Of a stretch of DNA of 64,000 bases, positions 51,424-64,000 are shown one piece after another. The DNA comes from Convolutriloba macropyga (lineage: Eukaryota), in NCBI RefSeq assembly GCF_964194025.1, contig NC_134474.1, forward strand, positions 17,732,001 through 17,796,000, written 5' to 3'. The notes under the pieces were generated by a model. That model had not been told where the DNA came from, did not search any database, and worked only from the letters and a program-made list of their open reading frames with translations. A program made the translations under genes and the position numbers. Positions within the stretch are counted from its first letter, which is position 1, and every line of letters starts with the position of its first letter.

Positions 51424-51501
51424 ATATACAGAAAAGCAGTGGACTCCCTTAGCCCAGATGACATAGAGCGAATTTGTTCATATCAGTTAACTGACAACTG
51501 A
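51424..51501 (+). CDS. UBL4A: UBL4A-like, last exon IYRKAVDSLSPDDIERICSYQLTDN*
   Basis: tttcttttcag acceptor, phase 0; matches the UBL4A C-terminal BAG6-binding (TUGS) motif Y...L..L..DDIER. Confidence 0.75.
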   Translation: MYRKAVDSLSPDDIERICSYQLTDN

Positions 51502-51760
51502 ATTGCAAAAAATTCCTTAACGAAGCTGATTCTATAATTATGGTGCAAGTTATAAATTTTGTTATCTAGTTCCCAGATATTTACTTTTAATTTAAGGTTT
51601 TTAGTTTTGAAGTTTTGTTCTCAAATATGGAAGTATGGGCTTATTAGGATTTAAGTTTTCTTTATTTTAGGCGTGTTGCGTGCTTGATTGATAGAATCGC
51701 GCAAGTGTGCGTTAATTCTGCTGGCTAGCTATAAATTTTATTGTTTTCAGATCTGTTGAG

Positions 51761-52614
51761 ATGACAAAAGTGGGTGATTGTCAAAGTAAAACTTTACTGC
51801 GTGTCTGTTGTTTCTGTTTGGAAGAAGTGATTCCAAATATTCCAGCAATCGAATCACTCAATCAAGATCTATTTAGCTTCGAAGTTCTGGATTACCACAA
51901 AGCTCATTTGCAAACTGAAGGTTCTGGGAAAGTTTGTAGCCTTTGTTATGGAATCTTAGACATAGAACCTGCAGTTATTGATAATGTTCTTAACTTAGTT
52001 AGTAGTTACACTGAAGACGCGTGGTTTATAACGGTGCACGTACCCGACGTTATTTACCTCAATTTCTTTCTCCTGCAGGTTTTACTGAAGTTAAGCGTTA
52101 AGAAAGTGGGAATTAATGACAGCTTCGTATCTGATATGAAAGACTTATTGTCCGTCTTTACAATCGATACAAAATTGATAAACATCAAAGAGGTGTTTCG
52201 AAACACGCTGTGCTCCCGTCTCAATCAAGTCGCCAATTCTAAACCCAACTTAGTTGTGGGAAATGAAACCAGTTTACCCCGAAATTCGAGAGATTTCAAG
52301 CATAACTTTTCATGTGAAACACCTTTACAATCATGTCTGAATGTTTTAATTTTACCCCCGAATCCTAATTTGTTCACGGAGCTTTTAGCCGACAGCGCTG
52401 TTAAGCCGAATGCAAAGAAAATGAAGTTCTCGACTGAAAACGGCAACAATTTGGATCGGAATTGTTTTGTACAATCGGTTAATTCGGCGTTAGACGCCTG
52501 CTCCAATTCGCAGAAATTCTCTAAAGAAGAAGTTTATAAGTTGTTGGCCTCGAAATTCGACAAGGTGAAATTTCAGTTCAGTGTAACGGTTCAACCACTG
52601 TTCATAGGGGGAAG
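51761..52614 (+). CDS. PUS10: tRNA pseudouridine synthase Pus10, exon 1 (zinc-binding and THUMP-like N-terminus)
   Basis: CCFC and CSLCYGIL zinc ligands, IKEVFR, ends PLFIGG(R) at donor AG|gtaagg, phase 2. Confidence 0.9.
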
Positions 52615-55004
52615 GTAAGGTGAACTGAAAGTTTTATTAATGTAGAGACGGAAAGCTTTTTAGGCTATTAGGCGACCGTCCGGGCAAATTTGCATGGAAT
52701 ATTTCCATAAATTTTCCATCGATAGTTGGTAAAAGTAAATCAGTCGGAGCTTAAATGTAAACGGCTGTGTACGAAAATGGAGCAACCTTCGGGCGGATTG
52801 TTAAATTCATGCCAATTGTGTAGACACTTCATTGTTTACAGGAAGATCAACTATTTTGTCTGCTTTTCACTTATTTGTTCCTTTGTAACTGCGAATTTTT
52901 ATGCTCTTTTGGTTGTGTTGAAAAGGAAGAAAAAGAATAAGAGGACTTATTTGTTGTCTGGTAGCTATGCCCTTAGGGAAAGACTTCTTTCGATATTCAA
53001 ATTGTCCGATTGTGAATAGTGCAAAGCATGCGTTTGTTAACGCCTGGGCCGTAAGCTTATGTATCTATTGCATGACCAATATGTTATTTTTGTTCGCATT
53101 TTTTAGGGTTTTGTGACTTGAAATTTCAATGATTACCCCATTTTTTCATTCGACCGTTTTGACGTTCCTCATTTTGCTGCATTTTTGCATGAATGCCGTT
53201 CCGGTTTTTGTCTTATGTAAATTGCTTACATTCAAAAGTGCAATAGTTATCCATAGTCATCAGTACTATTTCGCTCGATCTGGATATGTTTAGAAGTCAA
53301 AAGTAAAAAGTAATTTCTATTTTTTTCTCTTGCACGTCTACTGCCTCTGCATGTTACTTCTATAATTTACCTTTCGTTTTTTTTTGTTTTGGAGTTGAAA
53401 TGTTCTGTCATGGTATGACTTGAAAATCGTCAGTTTGGTACTTTTCAACTATTATCTGTGCCCGAACAGTGTTTGGTGCCTTATTCCGCTTTTCTTGCAC
53501 GCGATTTTTCGTTTGATCTTTTTGTTTTGGTTGGCAGTATTCACGTATGACCTCTATTCTATATACAAGAGATTGTTTTATTTTTAGTTGAGAGAGCAGA
53601 GCTGCTCTCATTTAGTATTTTACAAAGTTAAATTTTAGGTAATTTATTTCTGTCTTTTAAAACTGATATATCTTTTGTCTAGTGACTTTATTCATCTTTT
53701 GAAAAACTGAATGCCCTCAGACACTTAAATTTATATACATGGAATGTAGTTAAATGAAACAAAAATCTAAGATTACTCTACCAGTTTAAGCAATTAGACT
53801 GTCGACAGTGTTGGCCTATATCAGGAGTTGCGAGCACTTAGATGCGCGTCTTTTCAAAGATTTTGAGGATTTTAATGTTTCCAATTGCATTATTTAATAA
53901 CACCCGACATCCGTTTAATGGCCTTGTTTGAGTGGAAACGCTGTACAGTTTTCAATGTTATTTTAGCCTGTCTTTTTAATAGCCGCAAAGCGATTGCGGA
54001 GGCTATTATTGGCCTTCACTTGGTTTTTTTGTCGTCAAGATTTTCACTTCAAATCTACTCTTCGTTCATTCATTCATGCAATTTCAACTGAATTGCGTGT
54101 AAGACGTGATTTTTCACTCCTAGTGGATGGAGTTGTCAGTTCATTCGCGTGATAAATTTTTGGTCACACGTGACTTACCTCACTTCCAAAATTGACTTGT
54201 AAAGTTTTGATAGTTCTAAAATTACCCACTGTTATGTTATATAGATTTTTTCTGCCACCTAACTCTTTGTTTCAAACAACGTAAATTTCAAGCAAGTCAA
54301 CTTCATATTTTTTCGGCAGTTTACTGGCTCTATTTTAAGTTTTAACACCACGCTGAGCAATTTGGATTCATTTTTTTGCTTTTTTATTATATTGAATGAT
54401 ATACTACAATGATATACTACAATGATACTTTTTGTTGTTAAAGATTTGTGTCTAATCGGAGCTTCCATTAATGAAATTTAGATGTTTTGAAATGGAATAT
54501 AATATATTTTTCTTTTCTTTGTTAATACTTTGAATCACGATACCTTTGAATAGTATTGAAATACGTCTTTTGAATTTATCTAAATGGATGTATTGAATGT
54601 TTTAGTAATACAGGTTTAATTTTTTTGTATGACTAGAACTGTTATAAGGTCTTCGCTTGTAAATTGCTTAAGTTGAAAATCAAGTCTGAAAACTACAGCT
54701 ACATTTTCATCTCTGAATTGAATTAATGGCTCTCACATTTTAAGAAACAGTTTACAAAAGCTCTAATTTTGTTAAATGGGCTCTCTAGAAAACTAATGTT
54801 TACGAAATGTCCAAATGTTAATTGCTCTCAAAACGAAGTTAGATATTGTTTTAGCCCTATCTCTTTTTTTGTCATTTGTTTTACTACTAATTTTTTGTTT
54901 ATTAATAGCCGCACAGCGATAGCTGGGACTATTATTGGCCTTCTCTTGGTTTTTTTTTACAATTCAAAGAATTTGAATTGTATTGGGGCGCTGTCTTTTT
55001 TTTT

Positions 55005-55745
55005 AAGATCTGTGCACAGATTTTCATGATTTTTTAAGTCAAATTGGAGTAGTGATTTTGGTCACGCCGAAACAGGAAGTGGAGCAAAAAAGCGAGTGGT
55101 TTTGCGGCGTGAGTTTTTTCGCTCTAATTTTAAAGTAGAGTGAGAAAACGGTGTTTGAACAAAAATTCGGTTTCTCGGTATTGGTTTTTTGTTCACATGC
55201 GGCAATTTCACTCTGATTTTTACTTTTTTTTCAATTTTTTGGATCGGATTTTTTTTCTAAATGGTATTTCCAATCCATTTACAGCCCATTCTAGGCCTAT
55301 TTTTTGTTTGAATTAAATTTTCATTTCTCGCTAGTGTCTTTTTTGTTCACATGCGGCATTTTGACATTGATTTTGTTTTTTTTTTCTGATTTTTTATCTA
55401 ATTTTTGTTAAAAATGGTTCTTTCAATTCATTAATAGTCCATTCCAGGTCTAGTTTTTCTGTTTAGTCAATGAAAATTCTTTGAATTGTACGTCAGGACT
55501 TGTCCTGCTATGTTTTTTTATTTCGTCGTCATGATTTTTGTTACGACCATATGACGTCGCAGCCACTTTTTTTTTCATTCGTTCATATAATTTCAACTGA
55601 ATTGCATGTGTGATGTCATTTTTCGCTCTTAGTGGAGCGAGTTTTTTTGTTCATGCGCGTGATTAAATTTTTGGTCACACTTGACTTACCTCACTCTCAA
55701 AAATGACTTCCTCACTTTGAAATTGAATTTTATTTACTTTAATTC
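55005..55745 (+). repeat. Intronic dispersed repeat, copy 2
   Basis: Aligns with 50198-50930. Confidence 0.75.
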
Positions 55746-56038
55746 AAAGAGATAAGGTCAAATGAGTGTGTGTCACTCTAAATGAAGGTTATTTGAGATC
55801 AGCTGATAGAGGCAGCAATAACTTATAAAGACTTTTAATCAAAATATAACAGATCAGCCTTCAATGAAAACACGATTTTTTTGGTCTGTCTTTTTTACTG
55901 TTTTTTTTTGAGACTGCCGATCTACGAATCTGTTGCGGCTATTTTCTTGCAATCTGCCAGCTATGTTTATAGAATATAGGGTAAGAAGTGGTCAGATACT
56001 CAATCTTCGAGATGGCTTTACGTTGTCATTTAATTTGT

Positions 56039-58654
56039 AATTGTTCCGACCCCTCTTGAGGGAGGAGGAACTATATACTCAAACGGTTTTTTTTTTGTTC
56101 AGTCAATCTTCGCCGATCGATATATTCATCGTAGAGAGTTGAGACTGGTATCATTAGAAAGCTCGTCGAGCGTAGAATATGGAATTTAAAAGATTTTTTT
56201 AATTTTCATTTTCCACAGGGAGTTATCGAGGTTTAAACTTCTGAGAAAAGTAGAGGGAATTCACGTTGTTTTTATTCACATTTTTCCGGAATTTTTGCCT
56301 AAATTTTCGTCCATTTTGCTAAAATTTGTTAAAATTTTTAAGAATAGTGTCGTTGATTTTATTTTTAAAGACAACACGCATTATTGATTATTTTGATGGT
56401 ATAAATTTTCTTGGTCATAAATTTGGCTAAATATTTCAAAATTCAATCTTTTTCATCAAAAACAGCACGAATCAAGCTACTTTAGTCCACTTTGATAAAA
56501 TTTTCCGGCAGTACACCACGAAACAACACTAATACAATCTTTGTAGACTCAGAAGACTTTACTCGTTGATTATCAAAAATGCAGAGTTTGTTTTTGAGTT
56601 TTCAACTAACAAATTTTATATATCTACAACATTCGAAAAATCAATTGCTCCTAACGAACAGTAAGCATTAGCCGGGCTAGTTTTGGGCCAATCTTGGACT
56701 GTTACAATACAAAAAGAATTCGGATTGTAATCAGTCGGTCATTTTTTGAATAAAAAAAGACGCTTTTTTTTATTAATAAAGAACAGAACATATCAAATCA
56801 AAACTCAGGAGTAATAGCTCCGATTGGCTTTCTAAGCAGCTCCAAGCTAATGCATTTAGTTTTTTACTTGAAAGTTTATGGTCGTTTCGACTTTTAAAAA
56901 TAATTGATTTTTAAATAAATAATGGCTTAATGATCTTTTCCTCTATTTTTTTTCTTAATTTGGTCAACTTGTAGCTTAGTGTTAGCAAAGAAAGAATGCT
57001 TCTTCATTCTACTGATTTTAGATTTAGTCTCAATTGCGGTTATAAGCCTGAAGTTATTGTTTTCTGGCTTTGATACCACAAGATTTCAGATTTTTGTTTG
57101 TTTAGATATTTGCCAGTTTCTCACGTTTTCTAGTTTTGTCACATTATCACATTGTTGACAGTTCTCATATCACATTATTAGCGTTCAAGATCAGACACAA
57201 ATGAACATATTAAAATCCTGAAAGATATAGAATATCGGTTTAACGGCCTCGACACTTCTTTCTTGAAGAAATTAATTGAAGTTTTTAATTTTGTCTTTAT
57301 TTGTCATTTTTACTTTGTCGTTTCGGTCGTATGAAATTTCCTGTATAGTGATAGGTTTCTTTGGCTTTTCATGGAAGAATAAAAGAGCCGATATTCTGAT
57401 ATTAGTAGATACTTGATGGCTTCCATGACTTTGAAAACAATCGTTTTCCGAAACCAAAAAAAAAACTTTTCAACTTCGCAATTTTGTTCTTTTTGTTTTT
57501 CTTTGTTACCTAATCTCAGTTAATTACAAGTCAAATATGGCATTATCGGTGTCGAGGGAAGATGTCAAAAGAGATTGGTGTCCCAAAATCTATTTTTTTA
57601 AAGAATTCGTTATGACCTTACTGGTTTGACTATGACCGACACCGGTTTTTCACAAAAAAAAAGTAAATTAATTTGATTTTTGTCACATTTGACGTTCTTT
57701 TTGTAGACGCAAAACATATTCTGGATGACTGCAGGTCTCAGGGGCTTCCTTTGGATGAATAAACGACCCTATTTAAATATTTCATTTTGTAGTTAATGTC
57801 TTTCATGACTTTGGATGTATTTTTGTTTCGAAAAATCAAAAGTATTACATGATTTTGCCCCTGTTCTCTTTTTTGTCTACTTGTTACCTAGTCTCACCAA
57901 TGAATGGCCACATAATACATTATTGGTGTTTGAAAAAGGTGCAATCGAATATATTTTGAGGGCCAAAATATGGCCTGACGGTTTTAACAGCGTTTTCTGG
58001 CAAGTTTCAATTGAATTTTTGTTTGGTTTTTTTTGTTCTTTTTAGCCGCTTAAAAAATGAATAAGGACAGGTATTAATGACTTCTATAGAAGCATTGGTA
58101 ATCTTAAACCTTTGGGATTTTTTTACTTGATTTCTAATGGTTTTCATCACTCTGAAGTTAATTGTTTAGAAAAAATAAGCGAACTTTTTAACTTTACTAT
58201 TTATATTCTTTTTTGTCTAATTGTTACCAAACGTTTTTCTGGACTGGTCCCATATCTTTTCCGGTAATTTATTTTGTTTAGTTTTAGGTTTATCTGACGG
58301 TATGTTGAATTTATTAAATTTTGTTTTTTAAAACGGACATAAAGTTTTTGATGTAATTAATGTTTGTTGTTGTTGTTTGATTTTGCTGTTCGTATTGACT
58401 CGCTTCCTTAATTTTGGCATATGACAGCAATCTAATGCATCCATTTTTACTCCATTGAGTTATTTTTTTTTTGGAGGCTATCTTATCGTTCATACACAAT
58501 TTTTTTTAAAAATTACTTGGGTTTTTTGGGATTCCCAAAATATAATTTTTGCGTTTTTCTATCGGTTCCTCATTTGGTAGACAATTATGCCAAAATTGTG
58601 GATGAGCGGGGTCGGAACCTTATGTGCCATCGCACATTACCGAGCCTCTTTGTT
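56039..58654 (+). mobile_element. HINE copy D in the PUS10 intron
   Basis: 5' subTIR GTTCCGACCCC (56043-56053), 3' subTIR GGGGTCGGAAC (58608-58618), hairpin ATGTGC-CATC-GCACAT (58622-58637), terminus CTCTTTGTT; no TSD. Confidence 0.85.
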
Positions 58655-59182
58655 AAGTTTTGAAAATGTTTCTGGCCATACTTAGTCGCCCTCTAGCAGT
58701 AACAAAATATCATATGTGACTCTTGCCCTACTGGTTACAAAAGTGTATAGCACTAAATCTCCCGGGCGACTCTTGTCCGATCTTATGCCCACCAATGAGT
58801 TTGGGAATTGGCGGTTATGCCCTATCTTTTAGCTTCCTTTCTTTCTAACATATACATAGTTTCTCCGCCTGAAGTTTAGACGTTACGTCCTTAAAAGTTT
58901 CTGAAAATGTAAAGCCCTAATGGCATTAAGTTCCTGAGCAGATCGCTTAAAGCTTAACTAGTTTTGAAGTGTAAAGATTACCGAAGCTGCTGTGAAGAGA
59001 AAAACCATCGTGTTTTTTCTACTTTTCCTGCTCTCTAAGTTAAGCTTAAGCTAGCTTCCTTTCATCTACCGATGAAAGCCAATTGCTCGTCTGGGGTTTG
59101 AGAGCAATTAACCAGACATTAGTCGGTTATGTTCATTTTTTAATTATAATGCTTATCAAGTGAAGTAGACTTGCTTGTTTAG

Positions 59183-60170
59183 ATACTTGAAGTTCAACCG
59201 GACCCTGAGCCAAACACCCTGGTTCATTGGAGGGAAGCGGAAAGGTACCAGCTCAATCGAGGAGCTAATATCGGAGCCTTTGAAGCGCTTTTTCAAGTGC
59301 CAAAATTCAATGTTCCGTTCCTCCGGACGGGAAGATATTGATGTTAAAATGCTGGGCAATGGAAGACCATTTGCGATTGAACTTATAAACCCCCGTATTA
59401 CACACGTTACGACCGACCAGTTAGAAGCTATACAGGAAAACATTAATTCGAACGCAAATGGTAATATTTCAGTTTCCCATTTGCATAATGTGAAGAGGGA
59501 AAATTTATCCCAGTTAAGAGATGGGGAATCGGAGAAAACTAAAGAGTATTTAGCCGTGTTATATTCAAAAGGGGCGCCTTTTTCCCGGGAAGATAAAGAG
59601 AAATTGACATTCAGCGCTCCAATTGAAATTACCCAAAGGACGCCACTGCGTGTGTTGCATCGCAGGTCGCTCTTAGACCGCAAAAGGCATATTTTATGGG
59701 CGAAGCCTGAATTAACTCAATATGGGCGTGAACGCGGAAAGTGTTCACCCCCGCAACAGCTAATTATGGAAAATATATTATCGCAAACTGGAGCAGAGAA
59801 TGGTCAAAATGCGGATATAAACGAAAAAGAAACCACCATAAAACCCTTATCTGAAGATCTAAATAGGGTTTCACGTGATAGCGAAATATGTTCACACGTT
59901 CTGTCTGAAAATAATTGTGTTAGTTCTGAAAAACTTGTTCATGGTTTTGAGGATGGTTTCTCGCAATACTTGACATTAAGGTTGCTTACAGATGCGGGTA
60001 CGTACGTGAAAGAATGGGTGCACGGAGATATGGGTAGGTCTAAGCCGTCAGTGTGTGATTTATTAGGCAGATATGACATTGATATTGTTCGCTTAGATGT
60101 GGCGAATGTTCATTTGACATGGCCTATTGATGATAATGATATTTCCACTACTAATGCTATTGTTTCTTGA
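59183..60170 (+). CDS. PUS10: tRNA pseudouridine synthase Pus10, exon 2 (catalytic domain)
   Basis: ttgtttag acceptor in matching phase; YLKFNRTLSQTPW, SSGREDIDV (catalytic Asp), GRPFAIELINP, ITQRTPLRVLHRR, AGTYVKEWVHGD.GR.KP, LDV; spliced CDS 1842 nt = 613 aa. Confidence 0.95.
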
Positions 60171-63100
60171 GCTATAAATTCTATTTTCATATTAGAATGT
60201 TAAATATATTTTGGTTAAAACCTATGCGTTATAAATTGGAGACAAGTTTAATGCGTAGGGAATTTCTCTAATATTTAGAAATCTAAGTTGAGTGAGAAGC
60301 AGCATGGCTTTTTATATAACTATTCGATTTTTTTTTCATTAAATGCTTGGACGAATTTTCTTCGTAATTCACAAAATTGCGCTTGCAGTAAGTATTTGTG
60401 TGCTCATAAGCTTTTATCCAATTTACTTCCTCTAGCCATGCTGGGATAGAAAAAGTTATAAATTTAAGTTATAAAATCAGATCTACTCGTAGGTTGCGTG
60501 GTCTCATAGGACTCAAAAGTGCAGATGTTAATGGCGAAATTTGAAACAATCAGTTGAATGAACTCTATTGGTAACGTCTTGCATGTATTGCTTATTCACC
60601 GATTCGACTTCTTCAAGTGATTATTAGCTGCGATAGCTAGCTTAACAATTCTATTTTACAATTCATAGAAGTTTTGATTGTATTGGTGCGCTGTCTATTT
60701 TATGACTCGAAGAGGCGTTATGCTTTTTTTTGATAAGTCAGCGAGCAATGAAACCGAAGCTCAGGGAGTAAAAGAAATTGGACAAAGTTATTAAGTGAAA
60801 AAAATTGTAAGTGGAAAAAACATAATTGTTATTTTGTTTATCATACGTTCTTTTGAAATCGAGCAAGAAATATGGGTGTTAAAATTTTTCGCTAATCGAG
60901 CCATATGTTGGTACACGTTATCAAACTGTTTTTGGTATTTTTTACGGTAAGCAAATACTGTAAACAATATTTAGGCTATATTGTTTTGATAGCGTTGGGA
61001 GCTTTTTGGTAATTGAAGTGAGTGCTATGCTAATTTTAACTTTTTTTGAGGAATTTTATCCTATTTTTGCGAGATGAAGCAAGAATATTGATGCATAATG
61101 AAGTATATTGAAGCGTAATGCCAGGAAGCAATTTCAATTACAAAATTTTTGCGAAAAAAATGGTGGTTCTAAAGAATTTGGCAAAAAAAATTGGTGATAT
61201 TTTTGCTGTAATTTAAATGTTTTGCGCTTTAATGTTTTGCGTGTATGCTACTATGCGAGGAATTTTGATATCTCGATGGCATGAAGAAAGATTTCATTTT
61301 GAAAGTACTGTACTAAATGAAAAAGTAACGATCGTTTTTTTCCTAATTTGACTGAAGTTTCTTTACTTAGATGCGTCATTCTTATGATACTATGTTTTGA
61401 AGAGCTATTTTTTGATTAATACAACTTCGAGTCGTTTCTGGAATTCTTCCGACTATGTTTTTAAATTTCGTCATCAAAACTTTGTATTTCCACCATATGA
61501 GCTCATATCATACTGTATTGCAATCTGCTTTTTGTTCATTGCTTCCCTCTAATTTTTTGAATTGCTTGTGCACACCATTTTTCAATCTTAGTGGATTGAG
61601 TTTTTTTTGTTGATTTTTATTTTTTTTACAGTTGGTCTTCACTGAGATCTTACATGTTTTAACTTGCTTTTGAAATGAATACTCTTATTAAGCTAAAAAT
61701 TCTTGTAAACTCAGGAAGGCGTTTTTGTTATGCTGTATTATTTGTTTGTTTTTGTGGCTGAATTGCCTCTGCTGATATATGCAATAGATTTTTGTGAGCT
61801 GATGGTCATCAAAATTGATGTTAGATTCAGCAGTGTATTTAGCAGTTTATGCCGTGTAAATCTAATATTATTTGCATTCGGACAAAGTTTGTAGCAATTA
61901 TTTTACAATGACTTGTACTTTTTTCGCAGGACAGATTTTGTTCCCGGCTGGCTAATAAATTTCTCTACTTTTTTGGAAGCCCCTTTCGCGCCTTCCCCTC
62001 ATGTCCATTTACACTGTAAAGATAGGCTCCTTTAGTTAAAGCTGGAGACTATGAAAGCCAACTATTTGCCAATCGCTTGAGCAGCTCGTTGGACGTTAGA
62101 TGGCGATTCTTATGTGAGATATCATGTTTGGTCTCATAATAATTAGTTTTATATGTGAATATTTTGTTGTTGCCATATGATTGCAAAATTCTAAGGTAAG
62201 TAAATTGCCTCAATTAATTTTTTTACAGTAATTGGAAAATTTAGGTTTGCTTCTGGGTCTTACATCCCTGATAATTGTCAGTGGAGAAAAGTTAATTTAA
62301 ACCTGAAGGTTTTTAAATTTCGTTTTTAAACACCAAAATTAACAGTAGTGTTTGAACCATGAAGTATATCAATTTTGTTCAATGAGAAACAAAGCTTTGG
62401 CTGATAATGTTTGCCAATCTACCTGCTAATTTAATCTTTGGATCGGATATTTTGTTTTTAACGTTATGGTGATAGTTTTTTCCTCTGGTATTAAAATGAT
62501 CGCTGTGTTGTAATTTAGAGCGGATTCAACAGTATGAACTTTCAAATGGACGACATCGACATTTTGTATCAAATGGAGGACAAATAATCCTTGTATGCAT
62601 GAGCTGATTTTTTGTCCTAGGTGACGGGCTGGTAGACCTGCTCCGCCGTGATAACCGGCTCGTTTTTTGTGGATTACACACAACAGCGAGCGACATTCAT
62701 ATGGCCATGGATAGTGGGCCAGAATTCTCGGTATAATTTTTGCTTGCTTATTTTTCGTTAGTTGTAGTCGTTATGGATGATTGTCGCTTCATTATGGACA
62801 AAATATCAATGTTCAGCGATGATTAATGTTGAGGTTGCAAGCAGTTGTCGTCCATTTGAATTGTCGTCTTGTTAATCGGTCCCCTTTAGGACTTGTACTA
62901 CGTTGTTTCACCTCTACGTGTTCATTTTATTCATCGATATTCTCTCGACACTGATTGCTCCAAATTAGATTGATCCGGGCACGCGTACTATTAGAAACGT
63001 TGATGATACGAAGAACTGGTCGTTTTCGTTGGACATATTGAAAATCCGATTGGCTCTAGGCATAATTGTTAAACGAGTTTGTAAGCCTTCATTAGACTGC

Positions 63101-64000
63101 CTAATAAAATGTTCTGCCTTTTTGCCCCGATTCATGTAACCCCCTTTTTAAAATAAATTCGGTGTGGAATGATAGGGTTTATTTGATAGGCGCTGAAACT
63201 AATAGGGGTGCAAAACGATAACAGCTGACGATCCTAATAACAGCTGACGTCAGAAAAGTTATACATTTTGACTAAAATTCGTGTGATGCTTTACCCGTAT
63301 TTAATTGCTCTCAAACGAAGTTTGTAGCAATTATATTAGTCATGTCGGTCTCTGTTTTTAATGCGATTATTCGCTTGACCAATTTTTCGTCTGACGCTTT
63401 TGACTTTTCGACATCAAAAACGGTAAAAACAGGTAGCGCCCAGCGGTCATTAAGTGCTCTTAGAGCCTTTCAGCTCACTAGTCTTCACGTATGCGATTCA
63501 CAGAATCTGTAGTCGGTTATGTTTAGCTTGTTTCAACCACACAGACGACAAGTTAATGTGAATTTTGAAAGCATGTTTGACAGAAAGGCGATGCTAATGA
63601 ACTTCTGCAAGTAAAAACTATTTGCTTTCGCAAAGATCAAACTAGTAATTTTCCCATTTGTTAAAACTTTAAAACTGTTGAAACTTTTTCGTGCCTGGAA
63701 GATATTTGGGTACAGATGGTCACAATTGAGCTATTGTTGTCAATTAAACTGAAGCGCAAATTAATCCCTCTAAGTCGGTTTGTCAGTTAGGCAATTAAGG
63801 TTGCTATCTCTGACCGTGTTACAAAAACAACAATCTATTAGTTTATTATCACTGGGAATTATAACCTCAATGGCTCAATAAAGTTTAGAACACTCAAAAT
63901 TTGTCCGTATATTGGCGTTGTTTATTACCATAATACATGTTTTCAGGTCATAATGTCCGGAAATTTTTGGAACAGCTCCCATTTTCGGCAGTGGCTTTTT

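Noticed and set aside
48161-52614. UBL4A-PUS10 fusion protein by alternative splicing
   Set aside because: A phase-0 join to acceptor 51750 gives ATC TGT TGA, and a join to 51670 stops after 6 codons.
59156-59683. 175-aa antisense ORF
   Set aside because: Shadow of PUS10 exon 2; no independent coding signal.

Overview
AT-rich, intron- and transposon-rich eukaryotic (probably invertebrate animal) genomic DNA with two assembly gaps. Host genes: (i) a minus-strand spliced gene of unknown function (at least 4 coding exons, 11228 to 1331, about 188 aa) whose 9-kb last intron holds a full-length but decayed Ty1/Copia element with LTRs, a TAATC target-site duplication and a half-tRNA(iMet)-type PBS; (ii) the last two exons of a UBL4A/GET5-like gene (48161-48369, 51424-51501); (iii) a two-exon PUS10 tRNA pseudouridine synthase (51761-52614 + 59183-60170, 613 aa) that starts only 259 bp after the UBL4A-like stop, immediately behind a splice acceptor with no clearly identified donor. 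This UBL4A-PUS10 arrangement is a candidate eukaryotic operon or dicistron and is the most interesting observation. The rest is mobile DNA: four copies of a roughly 2.6-kb non-autonomous Helentron (HINE/DINE-1-like), two of which carry a second 3' terminus; a Polinton/Maverick remnant (core-like gene, major capsid protein, adenain-type protease); CR1/L2-group LINEs; CRE-clade fragments; MITEs; palindromic minisatellites; and a 12-kb mosaic tandem duplication (35.5-47.8 kb). No rRNA, tRNA or CRISPR array was seen. All family assignments come from motif recognition by eye, not database searches.
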